Shown: positions 23,306 to 35,488 of the stretch, one piece after another
Position numbering within the stretch: the first letter of the stretch is position 1
How the letters are laid out: every line of letters starts with the position of its first letter
Origin: Adineta vaga
Lineage: Eukaryota; Animalia; Rotifera
Reading direction: 5' to 3'
Assembly: GCA_021613535.1 (NCBI GenBank)
Contig: CP075493.1
Span: forward strand, 14,384,001 to 14,448,000
DNA length: 64,000 nucleotides
Made by a program: the position numbers and the translations under genes
Notes under the pieces: generated by a model
Database searches by the model: none
Told to the model about the DNA's origin: nothing
What the model saw: the letters and a program-made list of their open reading frames with translations, nothing else

Positions 23306-24875
23306 ATGGTCGACATATTTGCTGATCCATCTACGGATGCTAACTATTGGCCTCGTTTTCTTATGCAAATTTTTATTATTCTTGTTCTCGTTCGAATCAT
23401 TGGAGGATTATTGGCTTTAATAAAGCAACCATCAGTAAGTGAGATTTTTTAACGAAATATTCATTTATTATTATCATCTCGCTTTTCGTCTAGGTCATCG
23501 GTGAGATTATTGCTGGAATACTCATTGGTCCTTCAGTATTAGGAAATATCAACTTTTGGTCAACTCATATATTTCCTCCGTCATCATGGAATTATTTTAC
23601 ATTAGTTGGCAATATTGGTTTGATTTTATTCATGTTCAATTTAGGTTTAGAACTCGATCGAAAAGAACTTCTACATCAATGGAAATCGTCTCTGCCAGTC
23701 GCAATTTCGACTATAATCGTGCCGTATGCTGTTGGTGTTGCATTTTCTTTTTATTTATATGATATTAATAATCGTGATGGATTCGCAGCACCTGATCGTG
23801 TTGCATTTATTTTGTTTATAGCATCAAGTATGTCATTTACAGCTTTTCCTGTTCTTGCTGCTATACTTTCATCCACCAAACTGATGTCAACACCAATTGG
23901 TTCTTTAACAATCAGTTGTGCAGCTTTAGATGATATTATGGGTTGGTGTTCCTTAGCTATTGCCGGTGCATTTGCCAAAGGTTCGGGCATTATTGGTTTA
24001 TGGTACGTATAATATGAAGATATACGAGAAATTATCGATAAATCTTCTATTTTTTCTATAGGGTGATTTTAATTTCGATTGGCTATGTTATTTTTATGTT
24101 TACTATTGTTCGATGGTTAGTTTTAGCTGCACATAATATTTTAGTTAAACGCAATGATGAGATGAATCATATTTATCTCGTTGCCATTTTTCTTCTTCTT
24201 CTTGCTTCAGCCTTCTTTTGTGATCTACTTGGTATTCATTCATTTTTTGGTGCATTCATTGTTGGTATTATTTGTCCGAAATCGGGTCAATTTAAAACTC
24301 ATTTATTTCCAAAAATAGAATTAGTTACTGTCGAACTATTACTACCTTTATTTTTCGCTTCCAGTGGTATGCGAACAAGTCTTGGAACATTGAATGATAA
24401 GTTCTATGGTGGTATTACTGTACTAATTCTTTTTGTTGCTACTTTTGCAAAATTCTTGCCTGGATGTCTCATGACGAAAATTATTACTCGCCGTCCATGG
24501 AAATTTTCCATTAGTGTTGGTATATTGATGAATACACGTGGTCTAGTTGAATTAATTGCATTGAATATTGGTCTTCAACTTGGAATTCTATCGCCACGTC
24601 TATTTACTATGTTCATCATTATGGCATTGGTCACTACATTTATAACATGTCCTTTGCTTTGGCTTGTTTATCTTCGAAAATACAAACCAGAAACAGAATC
24701 ATTGCTTCCGAACAATAAATCTGATCCAACCCAGTTTGGTACCAATCAGCATAGATATCAAACTGTATGGTCTACTAGAAGACCAGTCGATCCTATTCTT
24801 AATACAAATCTGACAAAACCATCTAAAATGGGAGAACTCATCGTTAAAATAACTCCTAATAAAACTATCTTGTAG
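23306..24875 (+). CDS. Cation/H+ antiporter, CPA2 (fungal KHA1 / plant CHX / bacterial Kef-like)
   Basis: Exons 23306-23434, 23494-24002, 24062-24875. Motifs QPSVIGEIIAGILIGPS, TAFPVLA, AALDD, MNTRGLVELIALNIG. Confidence 0.9.
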
Positions 24876-25421
24876 GTGTGCGTCTCATTATAAAACTCAT
24901 ACGATAAACATATGCTCACCCAATATATCAACCTCTTGTATACCGATTAGTTTTTGTGTTCTTGTAGAATGTTCAAAGAAATTTAAAAAATCACTCTCTC
25001 TCTCTCTCTCTCTTAAATACTATCACTTAATAGCAGCTGTATATATGTGAACGAACCTCTATACATTTCTTCTTCTTCTCTGACATGCTGGAAACGACAG
25101 AAACAAGAAAAATTTTTTTCGTTGTGCTTGTCTTCAATTTGAAAACAGTGGTATTCAATAGATTATTCACAGTTATTTTTTATAATTGAATTGATGTGAA
25201 TGAGAACGATAAAATGATGTAAAATATCAATTTTAATCTACTTCTTTATCATTGATAAATTTTTGTATCCTATTTCAATTTTAATGACTATCTTTTCTTG
25301 TATTAATCTTCTGTATTGATTTTTCTTATCTTCAATCTGTGAAAACAATTACGAGGTGTATAAATTGGATGTAATATCGAAAAAATAACACACACAATAT
25401 TTTTTTTCTAAGTTGCTTATC

Positions 25422-25908
25422 ATGGCTTTTATTGTTCATGTTTCTCTTCTTCTCTTATTGATCAATACAATCGCAGGACGTAAAGAAAACTGTTTAAAAA
25501 TTGAATATTTATTTTCTTTTATTCTGAATAGAATCGATATGCAAGGCAAATGAAAGTTATCGATCATGTGGTTCAGCTTGTGCTGAAACTTGTGATGCAA
25601 AACCTCAAATGTGTATTGCTGTATGCAAGAGTGGCTGTTTCTGTAATGAAGGATATGTTCGTCAATCATCTGCCGCTGGAAGTCCTTGTGTTCAACGAGA
25701 AACTTGCAATAAGAAAGAAGAAGCTTCAATCTGTGGTTTAAATCAAGAATTCCGATCATGTGGTTCAGCTTGTTTTGAAAGTTGTGATTCAAAACCAGAA
25801 TTCTGTACTGAGCAATGTGTTGCTGGTTGCTTTTGTAAAAACAATGATTATGTTCGTCTTAATCAGCAGAAAAATAGTCCATGTATCAAACGTGAACTAT
25901 GTTTGTAA
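25422..25908 (+). CDS. Secreted double TIL-domain (trypsin inhibitor-like) protease inhibitor
   Basis: Signal exon 25422-25479, intron 25480-25531; two 10-Cys domains CGSAC.E.C...P..C...C..GCFC..YVR...C. Confidence 0.88.
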
Positions 25909-26299
25909 TGAACTATCATCATCATTTGATTATCAAAGAATAAACTAAAAAAAGAAACTTTTGAAAATAATTTTTCTTACGTTTTGATCGAACATGAGTT
26001 GTATCTTAATCGATGAAAAGAACGAAAAATAAATATCATTTCACCACGTGTCTATCGATCAACAGAAAGAAAGAAAGAACGAGTGAGATGTAATAATACA
26101 CAAAATAAATATATTTTTCTGTTTTCAAACATGTTATCATACAACGTCTATTTTATATTTCACTCTTATGAAAAATACTCGATAAACTTTCATTTTTCTC
26201 GATGATCGTTCATAATTGCTTTGTTTATTGTGTTGAAAATTGTTTTTAGATTTTCTAAAACATAATCATTTCATCATATTGCCAACATTGATTAAATCA

Positions 26300-27394
26300 A
26301 TGGAATCGTCAACAACAAATGATCGTATATTTGCTCCACTTCATATTCCATGGTATCGTCGTTGTCAAACATTAACAATTGTTGTCTGGTGGTTATTACC
26401 ATGGTTTTGTTTATATCTAGCTATTCATTTTCTTTTCTTTCACAATTGGTATTCCACGTTATTCATGATACTTTATATTACATGGATGGTTAAGTTTCGA
26501 ACATTTCCCAAAACAGGTGGTCATAGACAACAATGGTTTCGTCGATGTATTTGGTGGAAATGGTTTGCTGGTTTGTATTGATTATGATTTTGTAGGTTTT
26601 TGTTTTTAGTTTGTTTTTTTTTAGATTATTTTCCAATTCATTTACATAAAACATGTGATTTATCTTCTGATCGTCCGTATATCTTTGGCTATCATCCTCA
26701 TGGAATCATAGCTTTAGGAGGATTTGGTACTTTTGCGACAGAAGCTACTGGTTTTGAAAAGTTATTTCCTGGTATTAATGCTCGTTTTCTTGTATTGAAT
26801 TCGAATTTTCAAATACCATTCTACGATTTATTTTTAACAATGTTGGGTATATGTGATGCATCGAGAGAATCATGTAATTATATTTTAGAACAAGGTCAAG
26901 GAAATAGTATTGTCTTAGTTCTTGGTGGCTCAAAAGAAGCATTAGATGCACATCCATCATCAAAATATTATCTTACATTAAAAAATCGTAAAGGTTTTAT
27001 TAAAGTTGCTCTTCGAAATGGTGCAAATTTAGTTCCCGTATTTTCATTTGGTGAAAATGATCTTTATGAACAAGTATCAAATCCACGTGGATCAACATTA
27101 CGATCAATACAAATTTCTTTACAAAAATTCATGGGTTACTCATTACCATTGTTTCATGGTCGTGGAATTTTTCAATATAAAATTGGACTTTTACCTATTC
27201 GTCATCCAATCAATACATATGTTGGCGAACCAATTGAAGTACCGAAAATTCGTTCAGAACTGATCACATCAAAACTTATTGACGAATATCATACGAAATA
27301 TATGGACGGATTAGTACGTCTATTTGATAAACATAAAGCTAAACACAGTGATGCTAATTCGTCGATTGTATTCGTTGATGATCCTAGTATTTAA
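26300..27394 (+). CDS. DGAT2/MOGAT-family acyltransferase
   Basis: Intron 26571-26624; DYFP, HPHG, GG..EAL, RKGFIK.A and LVPVFSFGEN motifs. Confidence 0.92.
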
Positions 27395-27722
27395 AAACAA
27401 TTATTTCACATTTTTTGATTGTATTCAAATAGCAAAAGATTGATAAAAACATGTATTTGATTAAAACAATCGTGAGATATAGATGATTGACAAGGACGGT
27501 AATTCTGGCCGATCACAGTTAGATCAAGTGGCACTTGATAATTCCTTTCTAGATGAACTTAAGATAAAAGATAAAAGAGAAGTTTGATTTTCATGTCTAT
27601 GAAGAGATTAGATGTTTTACAACGTATGGTATTTTAATTTATTAAAATGTCAAAACATATTGAGAATATTATCAAATAAATCATTTTCATTTTTACATTA
27701 GATCATGCTAAAATTTGTTATG

Positions 27723-27980
27723 TCAATATGCATAATCATGGAAAGATATTGCATTGCAGCTAAGTGATACAGTAATTGTCGTATCATCTAGAATTCCATA
27801 GGATTCAAATGTTCGATTATTATCCATTCCATCTCCAAGATGATGAAGTCGAAGAGAATTACGATGACATGATACACGTAGCCATTCGGAGATTAATAAT
27901 CTTACTTTCAGAACTAAATCTGTTGGTTCTAGCTCGAATGTTTTCGTAGTAGAGGCTAATGTTTTAATAGTTATCTTCAT
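27723..27980 (-). CDS. Small ubiquitin-like protein lacking C-terminal di-glycine
   Basis: MKITIKTL...FELEPTD.V..V....RL.H.G..MDNNRTFESYGI.DDTTI matches the ubiquitin-fold pattern. Confidence 0.75.
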   Translation of the reverse strand: MKITIKTLASTTKTFELEPTDLVLKVRLLISEWLRVSCHRNSLRLHHLGDGMDNNRTFESYGILDDTTITVSLSCNAISFHDYAY

Positions 27981-28511
27981 CTTTGTATATGATACAAGTG
28001 TAAAAGTAAAGAAGAAAGAATCAAATATGGTGTTACAAATGTTATGGGTAAATGACTCAGTATGTTGTTGTTGTTATTGGATTTTTCTCTTTTTCCTTCG
28101 AAGTTGCTGTATTGACATAAGATAAACGTTAAAACGTGTTATTCTTACACTTCGAATCAGGATTTATTTAAGAACATTGAGAATAGCTAAGGTTTTCTTT
28201 GGTACATATTGAATATAATCTAAAAATTATGTAACATATTTCTTCAGTTCAACCTGTGTGTCTTGAATTTTTTACACCGATTTCTAAGATAGAGTGTTCT
28301 TTTCGCCGAAAACGATAATTTTCTATGAAAAACGGATCCTTTTCTATATTTATACAAGAGATTAAAAGTGTAATGTAATTGAATATGCACAAAAATAATT
28401 ATTGAGAAACACTAAGCTTAATCATGCAATTATTCTATCTTCATGATATAAATATCACTTCAATCAAATGACTCAAAATATTTTCTCTTTCAATCAGACA
28501 AACAAATTTTA

Positions 28512-29177
28512 ATGGCATTCGCTTGGTTCCTTAATTGTTTCGTTATCTCTTTAATGGTGAACTCGATCTCAACAACCAATCCAGATCGATTTGAATTTAA
28601 TGATTGTGGTTCAACAGGAGCTACAATACATAAAATTGATATGACACCCATGCCGTTAATATATCCAGATGCTATAAATGCAACATTGATAGCTACTGTG
28701 AAGCGACCGATATGTAAGCATTTATAGTTTGAATAGTAATAGATTCTGTTTGATTCCTGCCTGTTTTCAGCATTTTACACGGTTAGTTTGAAAATCGAAC
28801 GTACTATCAGTGGTATAAAACTTCCTATAAAATGCTATCTACTCGATGGAAATCAAGTTGGAGCATGCCAATATCGCAGTGAGACTGTATGCGATTATAT
28901 CAATTACTGGAATTTTAATGGATCTGAGTCGTTCATATGGTTGATACCTATGATGAAATTACTCGGACTCCTTGTAAATTGTCCAGGAAATAACATACCA
29001 GAACAGACGATCATCATCGATAAGCGTAGCTTTGTATTACCTACTATGTCAATTTATTACACTTCTTATACCAATGGCCTATTTAATGCTACTGTAACGG
29101 TGAATGAACTTGATGCACCAAGTGATCAACCTTTCTTTTGTGGAACATTCAAATATACTATGAGACAAAGAAAATAG
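28512..29177 (+). CDS. Secreted ML-domain lipid-binding protein (GM2-activator/NPC2/MD-2-like)
   Basis: Signal peptide; FEFNDCG...IDMTPMPL.YP; intron 28714-28770; LPIKCY...VGACQY; terminal FFCG. Confidence 0.8.
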
Positions 29178-29515
29178 TGAAAAAGGGAATGAAAAGAAAA
29201 CGATTTTTGAAATAAAGTTTTAATCGACTCGAACTACGAGAACATGGTATCAGAATATGATTAGTTAAACTATGATCGTGAAATGAGCAGTTCGATATGT
29301 TTCATTCAGACTTACACATACTTTATCAGATGGATTATTTCTCATGCGTAATTTCGAGTTGATGAAGACGGAAGAAAATATGAAAATGACTCATCCATGT
29401 TGCATAAACACATGACACAGTCTGCAGGACAAAAAGAAAAAACCCAGTGCGTTTTTGTTACAAATATCGAGACAAACTGCATTAATAGAAAGAAAGAAAA
29501 AAAACATACTAACTG

Positions 29516-31111
29516 ATGGCAACAATATTATCCTCAACCACAAACAATGATACAGCATTAGAAAATTTCGTTAAATGTGCAATTTGTCTCGATATTTACG
29601 ATGATCCTCGTTTACTTCCATGTTCACATACATTCTGTTATAAATGTATTAAAAAATTATGTGAAAATGATATGGGTCAATGTCCAATGAGAGATAATTC
29701 AATTATCTTCAAACAAACAATAGATCAACTACCAATTAATCGAGTAGCAAAAGATCTCGTCGAATCTTTACACAAATCCTCCTCCTCACAATCTCAATGT
29801 GGATCTTGCCAACAGACTTTATCTGAATTTCATTGTCAAACATGTTCAAAATATTATTGTACAATATGTTTAAAACTCGAACATAATTTAAACAAATTCC
29901 AAACTCATGTTATTCATTTGCTTATAAACGATAATTTCAATCGTTATTGTAAACAACATATGGAAGATAAACTAAAATATTGGTGTGAAAACTGTGAAGA
30001 AATGGTTTGTAGTGATTGTCTACTATTTCAACATAAACAACATTCATTTATTAGTTTAATTGATTTACAAAAAAGAATTCAAATGGAATTACAATCATCC
30101 ATCAAACAGATCGATAGCATGAAGGAAAATATCGACAAATTAAATAATAATACATCAAAAGCTTTGCAAAATCATTATGAAACACATTTACAAACTAAAC
30201 GAAATGTTGAACAAACATTTGAGAATTTACAAACACTTCTCGACAAACGGAAGACAGATTTAATTAATCAAATTACAACCAAAGATTATACAGAACAACA
30301 AATGATACGAGAAGAAAAAAATCATATTGAATCATTTTTCAAAACTCTTCTAATTCGTGAATTATTATTAAAACAATTATTAAAATGTGAAGATTCTTTA
30401 CAATTAATTGAAATGAATGATGATATCATCAATTATAATCAATTTATTGAAGAACAATATCAACAATTTCTTCAAGGACATACTTTTGATCTTCAATATT
30501 TTGTTCTAGGAAATTCATTAGAAAAATTTCAACAACAAATGGAAACTTTTGGAGATGTATCGATTGATACTTTTTTGAATGATATTAATCATATTCGTCC
30601 ATCAACAAAATTATCACAAATATTTGGTGAAGAAAAATCTCAAGAATTCGATGAAATTTATGCATATGGTTATCGATTTGATTTAAAAACTTCAATCGAA
30701 TTCAATGCTGTAAGAATCAAAGCAAAATTAGCTGATTGTAATGTAACTATTCTTATTCTCGATCATAATGATATTCTTCGAGAAAAAAAACTTTTCATTT
30801 CATCGAATAATACAACTACAATGGATTGGATTACAATTTCAATGAAATGTCAAATTGAACATAATTATTGTTTACTTCTATGGACGAAATCAAATGAAAA
30901 ACATATACCAATGATAGCATACAAAGATTCGGATCATAATTTACGTCAAATAAACGAACAAATATCTATTAGAAGTAAACGTGCAGAAATCAATCCATCG
31001 AAAGATCTTAATTTGAATTCAAAGATCAATGTGCTTTATGATGCTTTATATACTACAGATGATCAAAGTGAAAAAGCAATACCTGCATTAGAAATGATTT
31101 TATATATTTAA
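29516..31111 (+). CDS. TRIM/RBCC E3 ligase (RING, two B-boxes, coiled coil, unidentified C-terminal domain)
   Basis: RING CAIC..LPCSHTFC..C..CPMRD; B-box1 CGSC..C..C..C..H..H; B-box2 C..H..WCENC..C..C..H..H. Confidence 0.9.
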   Translation: MATILSSTTNNDTALENFVKCAICLDIYDDPRLLPCSHTFCYKCIKKLCENDMGQCPMRDNSIIFKQTIDQLPINRVAKDLVESLHKSSSSQSQCGSCQQTLSEFHCQTCSKYYCTICLKLEHNLNKFQTHVIHLLINDNFNRYCKQHMEDKLKYWCENCEEMVCSDCLLFQHKQHSFISLIDLQKRIQMELQSSIKQIDSMKENIDKLNNNTSKALQNHYETHLQTKRNVEQTFENLQTLLDKRKTDLINQITTKDYTEQQMIREEKNHIESFFKTLLIRELLLKQLLKCEDSLQLIEMNDDIINYNQFIEEQYQQFLQGHTFDLQYFVLGNSLEKFQQQMETFGDVSIDTFLNDINHIRPSTKLSQIFGEEKSQEFDEIYAYGYRFDLKTSIEFNAVRIKAKLADCNVTILILDHNDILREKKLFISSNNTTTMDWITISMKCQIEHNYCLLLWTKSNEKHIPMIAYKDSDHNLRQINEQISIRSKRAEINPSKDLNLNSKINVLYDALYTTDDQSEKAIPALEMILYI

Positions 31112-31149
31112 ACTTATCTACTTTTTTTATTTTATTTAATAAAAACTAA

Positions 31150-31650
31150 GAAATATCTTTCTACATGATCAAGTTCATCCATTTTCACAATGTCACATGC
31201 TTTCAATAGATGAACAAGTGCAATTTTCTTTTGGATGATGACGAATCTAATATCAATACAATTTCGTGGACCAGCACCTAATGTTATGTATGCAAGTAGA
31301 TGTTGTTTTGTTCGATGACGTTCAGAATAGAATTCATTTGTATCATTGGGTTCCTACAAATCTATATCAACTTGAATCACAGTATCTATAATATTACTTG
31401 TGTGATCATCAACTATAAGCTAAGAGAAATTAACTTTCTTGATTGAATTCTTTGATAATTTCATCTTGTAACTTTTGTTGGATACCAGGATGAATTGTCG
31501 ATGCCATTTCTGTTGCACCAGCAAGAAAGATGGATACATTATCCAAGATTGCATCATATTTTGCTTTTTTAATATTCAGATTCGATGAAGTATCTTTTTT
31601 TTCATCCATTACTGCATTGATCATTAAATGCAATAGGTCAACTCGACCTA
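31150..31650 (-). pseudogene. Cytochrome P450 C-terminal remnant
   Basis: I-helix IFLAGATE.AST, HPGIQQKLQDEI, and haem loop YITLGAGPRNCI at ~31255-31300; frame disrupted. Confidence 0.78.
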
Positions 31651-33008
31651 TATTCTATTTTAATCAAAAGTTAGAAGCTGCAATTGATAACGGGTAGTAA
31701 AATCCAGTTTAGAATGACACTTTAGATAAGGAATTTTTTTACATATTTTCAACGAGTAAATTTGTAATGATAACGTAAATAATCAAATAAACTAATCTTT
31801 GAATCTATACAACATAAAAAAAATCGTCATTACACACTCGCGTTTTAATCATCATCATCATAGAGCGAATGAAAAACTTCTAAAACTAATTATTTCGTTA
31901 ATAAAATCTAGATTGAAGTGTTTGTATTTTTATTTATACAATTGGAAAGATATTCTATGAATACTAGTCAATATGAATAGAGGGTGGGTGTTTCGTATCA
32001 GTGCCTGAGCTATTCCGGTCTGGAGTAGTGCTTCCATTCTCCTAGGATTTTCCATTGGGTTCTGTCAGGATCTGACTATAAACTTGTGGAAGGGTCTGGA
32101 AAGCGCTCGATTCTCTATATCTATGATTTTTCTGTACGAAAGTAGTAGTATCGACAGATAAGTTTTGTTTATTCTTTTGTTTTCATGTAGAAACGTGCCT
32201 AGGAATATGCCTTGATCACAAAAGTGACCAATATAGTCTTGTGATGATAAAAACGAAGATTAAAATGGAAAAGAGAGATAGAACTGATTCGAAAAGTGAT
32301 GATGAAATTAAAAAAAGTACATCATGATCTTAACTATCGTTTTGACTATTCGAATTTTGAAGAGACAGTTGTGTTGATCAAAGTAACCAGTATTGATATA
32401 TGTTACAAAGAATGCATTTCATCGATATATTTATCTACATTCGAAATCAACTGTGAAAAAGTTTTATTTTTCTTCGTCTAATTTCGATCGAAAAGAAACA
32501 AGTGATTGTCAGTAAAATTTTAATTTCTCCAGACGACCATCAACCAAACGATTACGTATAGAATTTGTTGATCTTACTGATGATGAAACATTTGGATTTT
32601 CTTTCTTTATACAAACTGATAAAGTGATTGATTCGGAAAATGTTTTATTTTTTCCAAGACGAATATAAGCACATCAAATATCAAAATTGACGAGTAGAAC
32701 CGACTTAATCATAATACAATATCAGTTTATTTCAATTATCGCGATTATATCGATATTGTACAGGATTAGAAAGAAAAACGCATCATCATATTTAGAAGAG
32801 CAAAAATAACATTTATTAATACGTAGAAAGTTGGGTAAAAAAGTTCGTGTATTTTCTAAATGTGTTTTTATATGAAGTCATTAATCATTATCAATGTTAT
32901 TCTTTTCTTTTTCTTCATTGAAATGTAAACTTTTCAAAAGAGATCATTTGTATTCTTCTCTAATAAGAACATACATAGAATTCAATTCTGCATCAGAACA
33001 AACAAAAA

Positions 33009-33913
33009 ATGCGTTTTATTTTCATTTTATTTATACAATTGATCAGATTTTGTTCAAGTGAAGAAGATTCTCTATGTTACTTTCGTATCTTTTTGTCAAA
33101 TGGAACTCAAGCATGGTGTCTAGATGAAGAATGTTTTAATCACTTAGATTTAATATCCATCGAAAACTTTCAATGTCGAACAAATTTTTTATCACTTCGA
33201 TTTTCATCTTATTCAACGTATTCAACATTTCTTCGTTCAACATCACTTTCATCATTTTTTTCTCTAAATCGTTCAAATTTAGAGCGTCTTCTTCAAATTG
33301 AATTTTTATCTCCACTTGAAAACATCAATCAACCGTTTCAATTAGATGAACTTAAATTATTAAGTTATTCAATTCCATCGAATATCGATACATATGAATT
33401 AATTTTTCATGGAAATCTTATTAAAAATCCTTCACAACTACTTTTCGATGAAGAAATTTTCTTAAGTAAAGAACAAAAATATATCGATACATTAAGATTA
33501 ATATTTAATTGTACTTCGAATGAACGAGTCGAATGGGAATTAGTCAAAAGTATTCAATCAATACCCAATTCACCATGTCCTCAACAAATTATCTTAAAAC
33601 AAAATTCTGATCAAAATCAAATTTATATTATTATCGTTGTAAGTATAAATCTCTTTGTATGTTAATGTATAGAGAAAATACCCTTTTTCAGAACAAATCA
33701 TGTTGGAGAGGATATACATTCTGTAAAACTAGCGACATCTTTCAGATACTTATCGTTTTATTTTTATTTTAGACAAGCTGTATTGCATTTCTATCTATTA
33801 TTATAATTATAATGATTGGTTTAGTTTTATTTTATAATTTTTATTTCAATAATGATCAAATTAAACAACGATTAATTTCAGATAGTTCAATTTCTATGAT
33901 TGAACGATTTTAA
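33009..33913 (+). CDS. Type I single-pass membrane protein, unknown Cys-containing ectodomain (paralog 1)
   Basis: Signal peptide; exons 33009-33638 and 33773-33913; TM IYIIIVTSCIAFLSIIIIIMIGLVLFY. Confidence 0.75.
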
Positions 33914-33983
33914 TTAGAAACTTGTATAAATTCTTGTTCTAAATAAAGATTCGTTATCCAAATGTATTTCTTCGTATACATGG

Positions 33984-35083
33984 TTAGGTTTCTTTGTAAA
34001 GTGATTCTTGATGGGGTGATGGTAAACGGGAAACTTGATATGGTCTGATATTTCCTCGACATTCACATTGTTCTCTACAATAAATAAACTTTATTCACAA
34101 AATTCTTAGCTAAGAATTACATATGTAATGAAAATATGATTAACTTTCTGAAGTTCGACTTACCGATTATTCGTATCAAGATTATGTGATATGGATGAAA
34201 GAGTGACATCTGTTTGTGAACATTCATTTCTTCGTAAATGTCGATAAACTAAAAACGAAAGAATAATTGTAATGAATAATATTCCTAGTGGTACTAAAAT
34301 CTAAATCAAACGTAAAAAGATTATGAAATATTATGAGAAGAAATTTTTTCTTTACAAGAAGAATTAAATGAATTGATCTTTCATTTTCTTGATTAGACTT
34401 TTGGTTGGTAAGAGTTGTTAGCAAGGGAAGAATTGATGGTGCTGGTAGTGGTAATGTAGTTTTTGGACGTTGAGGAGCAAATAATGATGGAGAGACGATA
34501 TGTGTAGTACATGGTTCTTCATCATATTGAATAAGTGAATTACAAATACTAAGAATAGCAAAAAAGAATGTATTGCTTTTCTTTTTCTTTTCAGAAAAAA
34601 AATTTACAATCGAATTTTAATGATAAACCATTGAGGATCATTTGGATCATAATGAATAAAACGTTGAAGAGAATTTTGAGTAGTCAAATTTTGAATATAT
34701 AATTGATAGATATCAATATGATTTCCTAAACGATTTAAATGATTTTCATGTGTTGGATAATCATTTGAATCGATCTGATTTAAATAGATTCTCAATAAAC
34801 GTATTTGTTGAGATTTTTTTGGAAATAAATTAGATAATTTCCATTGAATTCGATTAAGAAATAATTCATAAGTTTGAAATGATGAAAATGAAAGATAAAC
34901 AGAATGCGTTTTACAATCATTTGGTTTGACGCTTAATACATATGGATCAAGATATTTATTACATTCATTACTTAAACATAAATCGAATGTTGTATCGAAA
35001 TTTTTTATTAAATAATTACATAAATTCTCCAAACAATTTACGAAATTTATTGAGAATATTAATAAAAGAATAATCCCTTTCAT
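33984..35083 (-). CDS. Type I single-pass membrane protein, unknown ectodomain + Pro/Thr stalk (paralog 2)
   Basis: Exons 35083-34608, 34548-34356, 34300-34164, 34074-33984 join in frame; signal MKGIILLLIFSINFVNC; TM LILLILVPLGILFITIILSFLVY. Confidence 0.75.
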
Positions 35084-35488
35084 TTTCGAAAGATAGACAA
35101 ATAAATTTCTGAGAGATTCTTTTTCTTCTCTTCCTACGAAATTATTCGTTTGACATACCAAACATTCTTTTCTTATTCAGAAATATTCTTTTTTGTTTTT
35201 TGTATGAAGACATCGATTTTCCTTTTTCGCTCTTTTATTGAGAAAAGAGAGTTCAAACAGATGAACAACTTGAAACAAAAAAAGTGATAACGATTCTTTT
35301 TTTTCGTTTTGATATATTTGAACAAAATAATGTGTGAAGGAGAAACAATTGATTGATTGAGATAAATCTCGACGTATTCAATATGTATATGAAAGTATGT
35401 AGATAAAGAAGAGAAGAAGAGTATGACGTCAGATAAATGATATTCATTTCAAACATTCTATTCGTTTATTTCGCTTTTTTTCTATTCA

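Noticed and set aside
31980-32150. GC-richer patch as an ncRNA or tRNA
   Set aside because: No cloverleaf or recognisable RNA motif; probably a repeat remnant.
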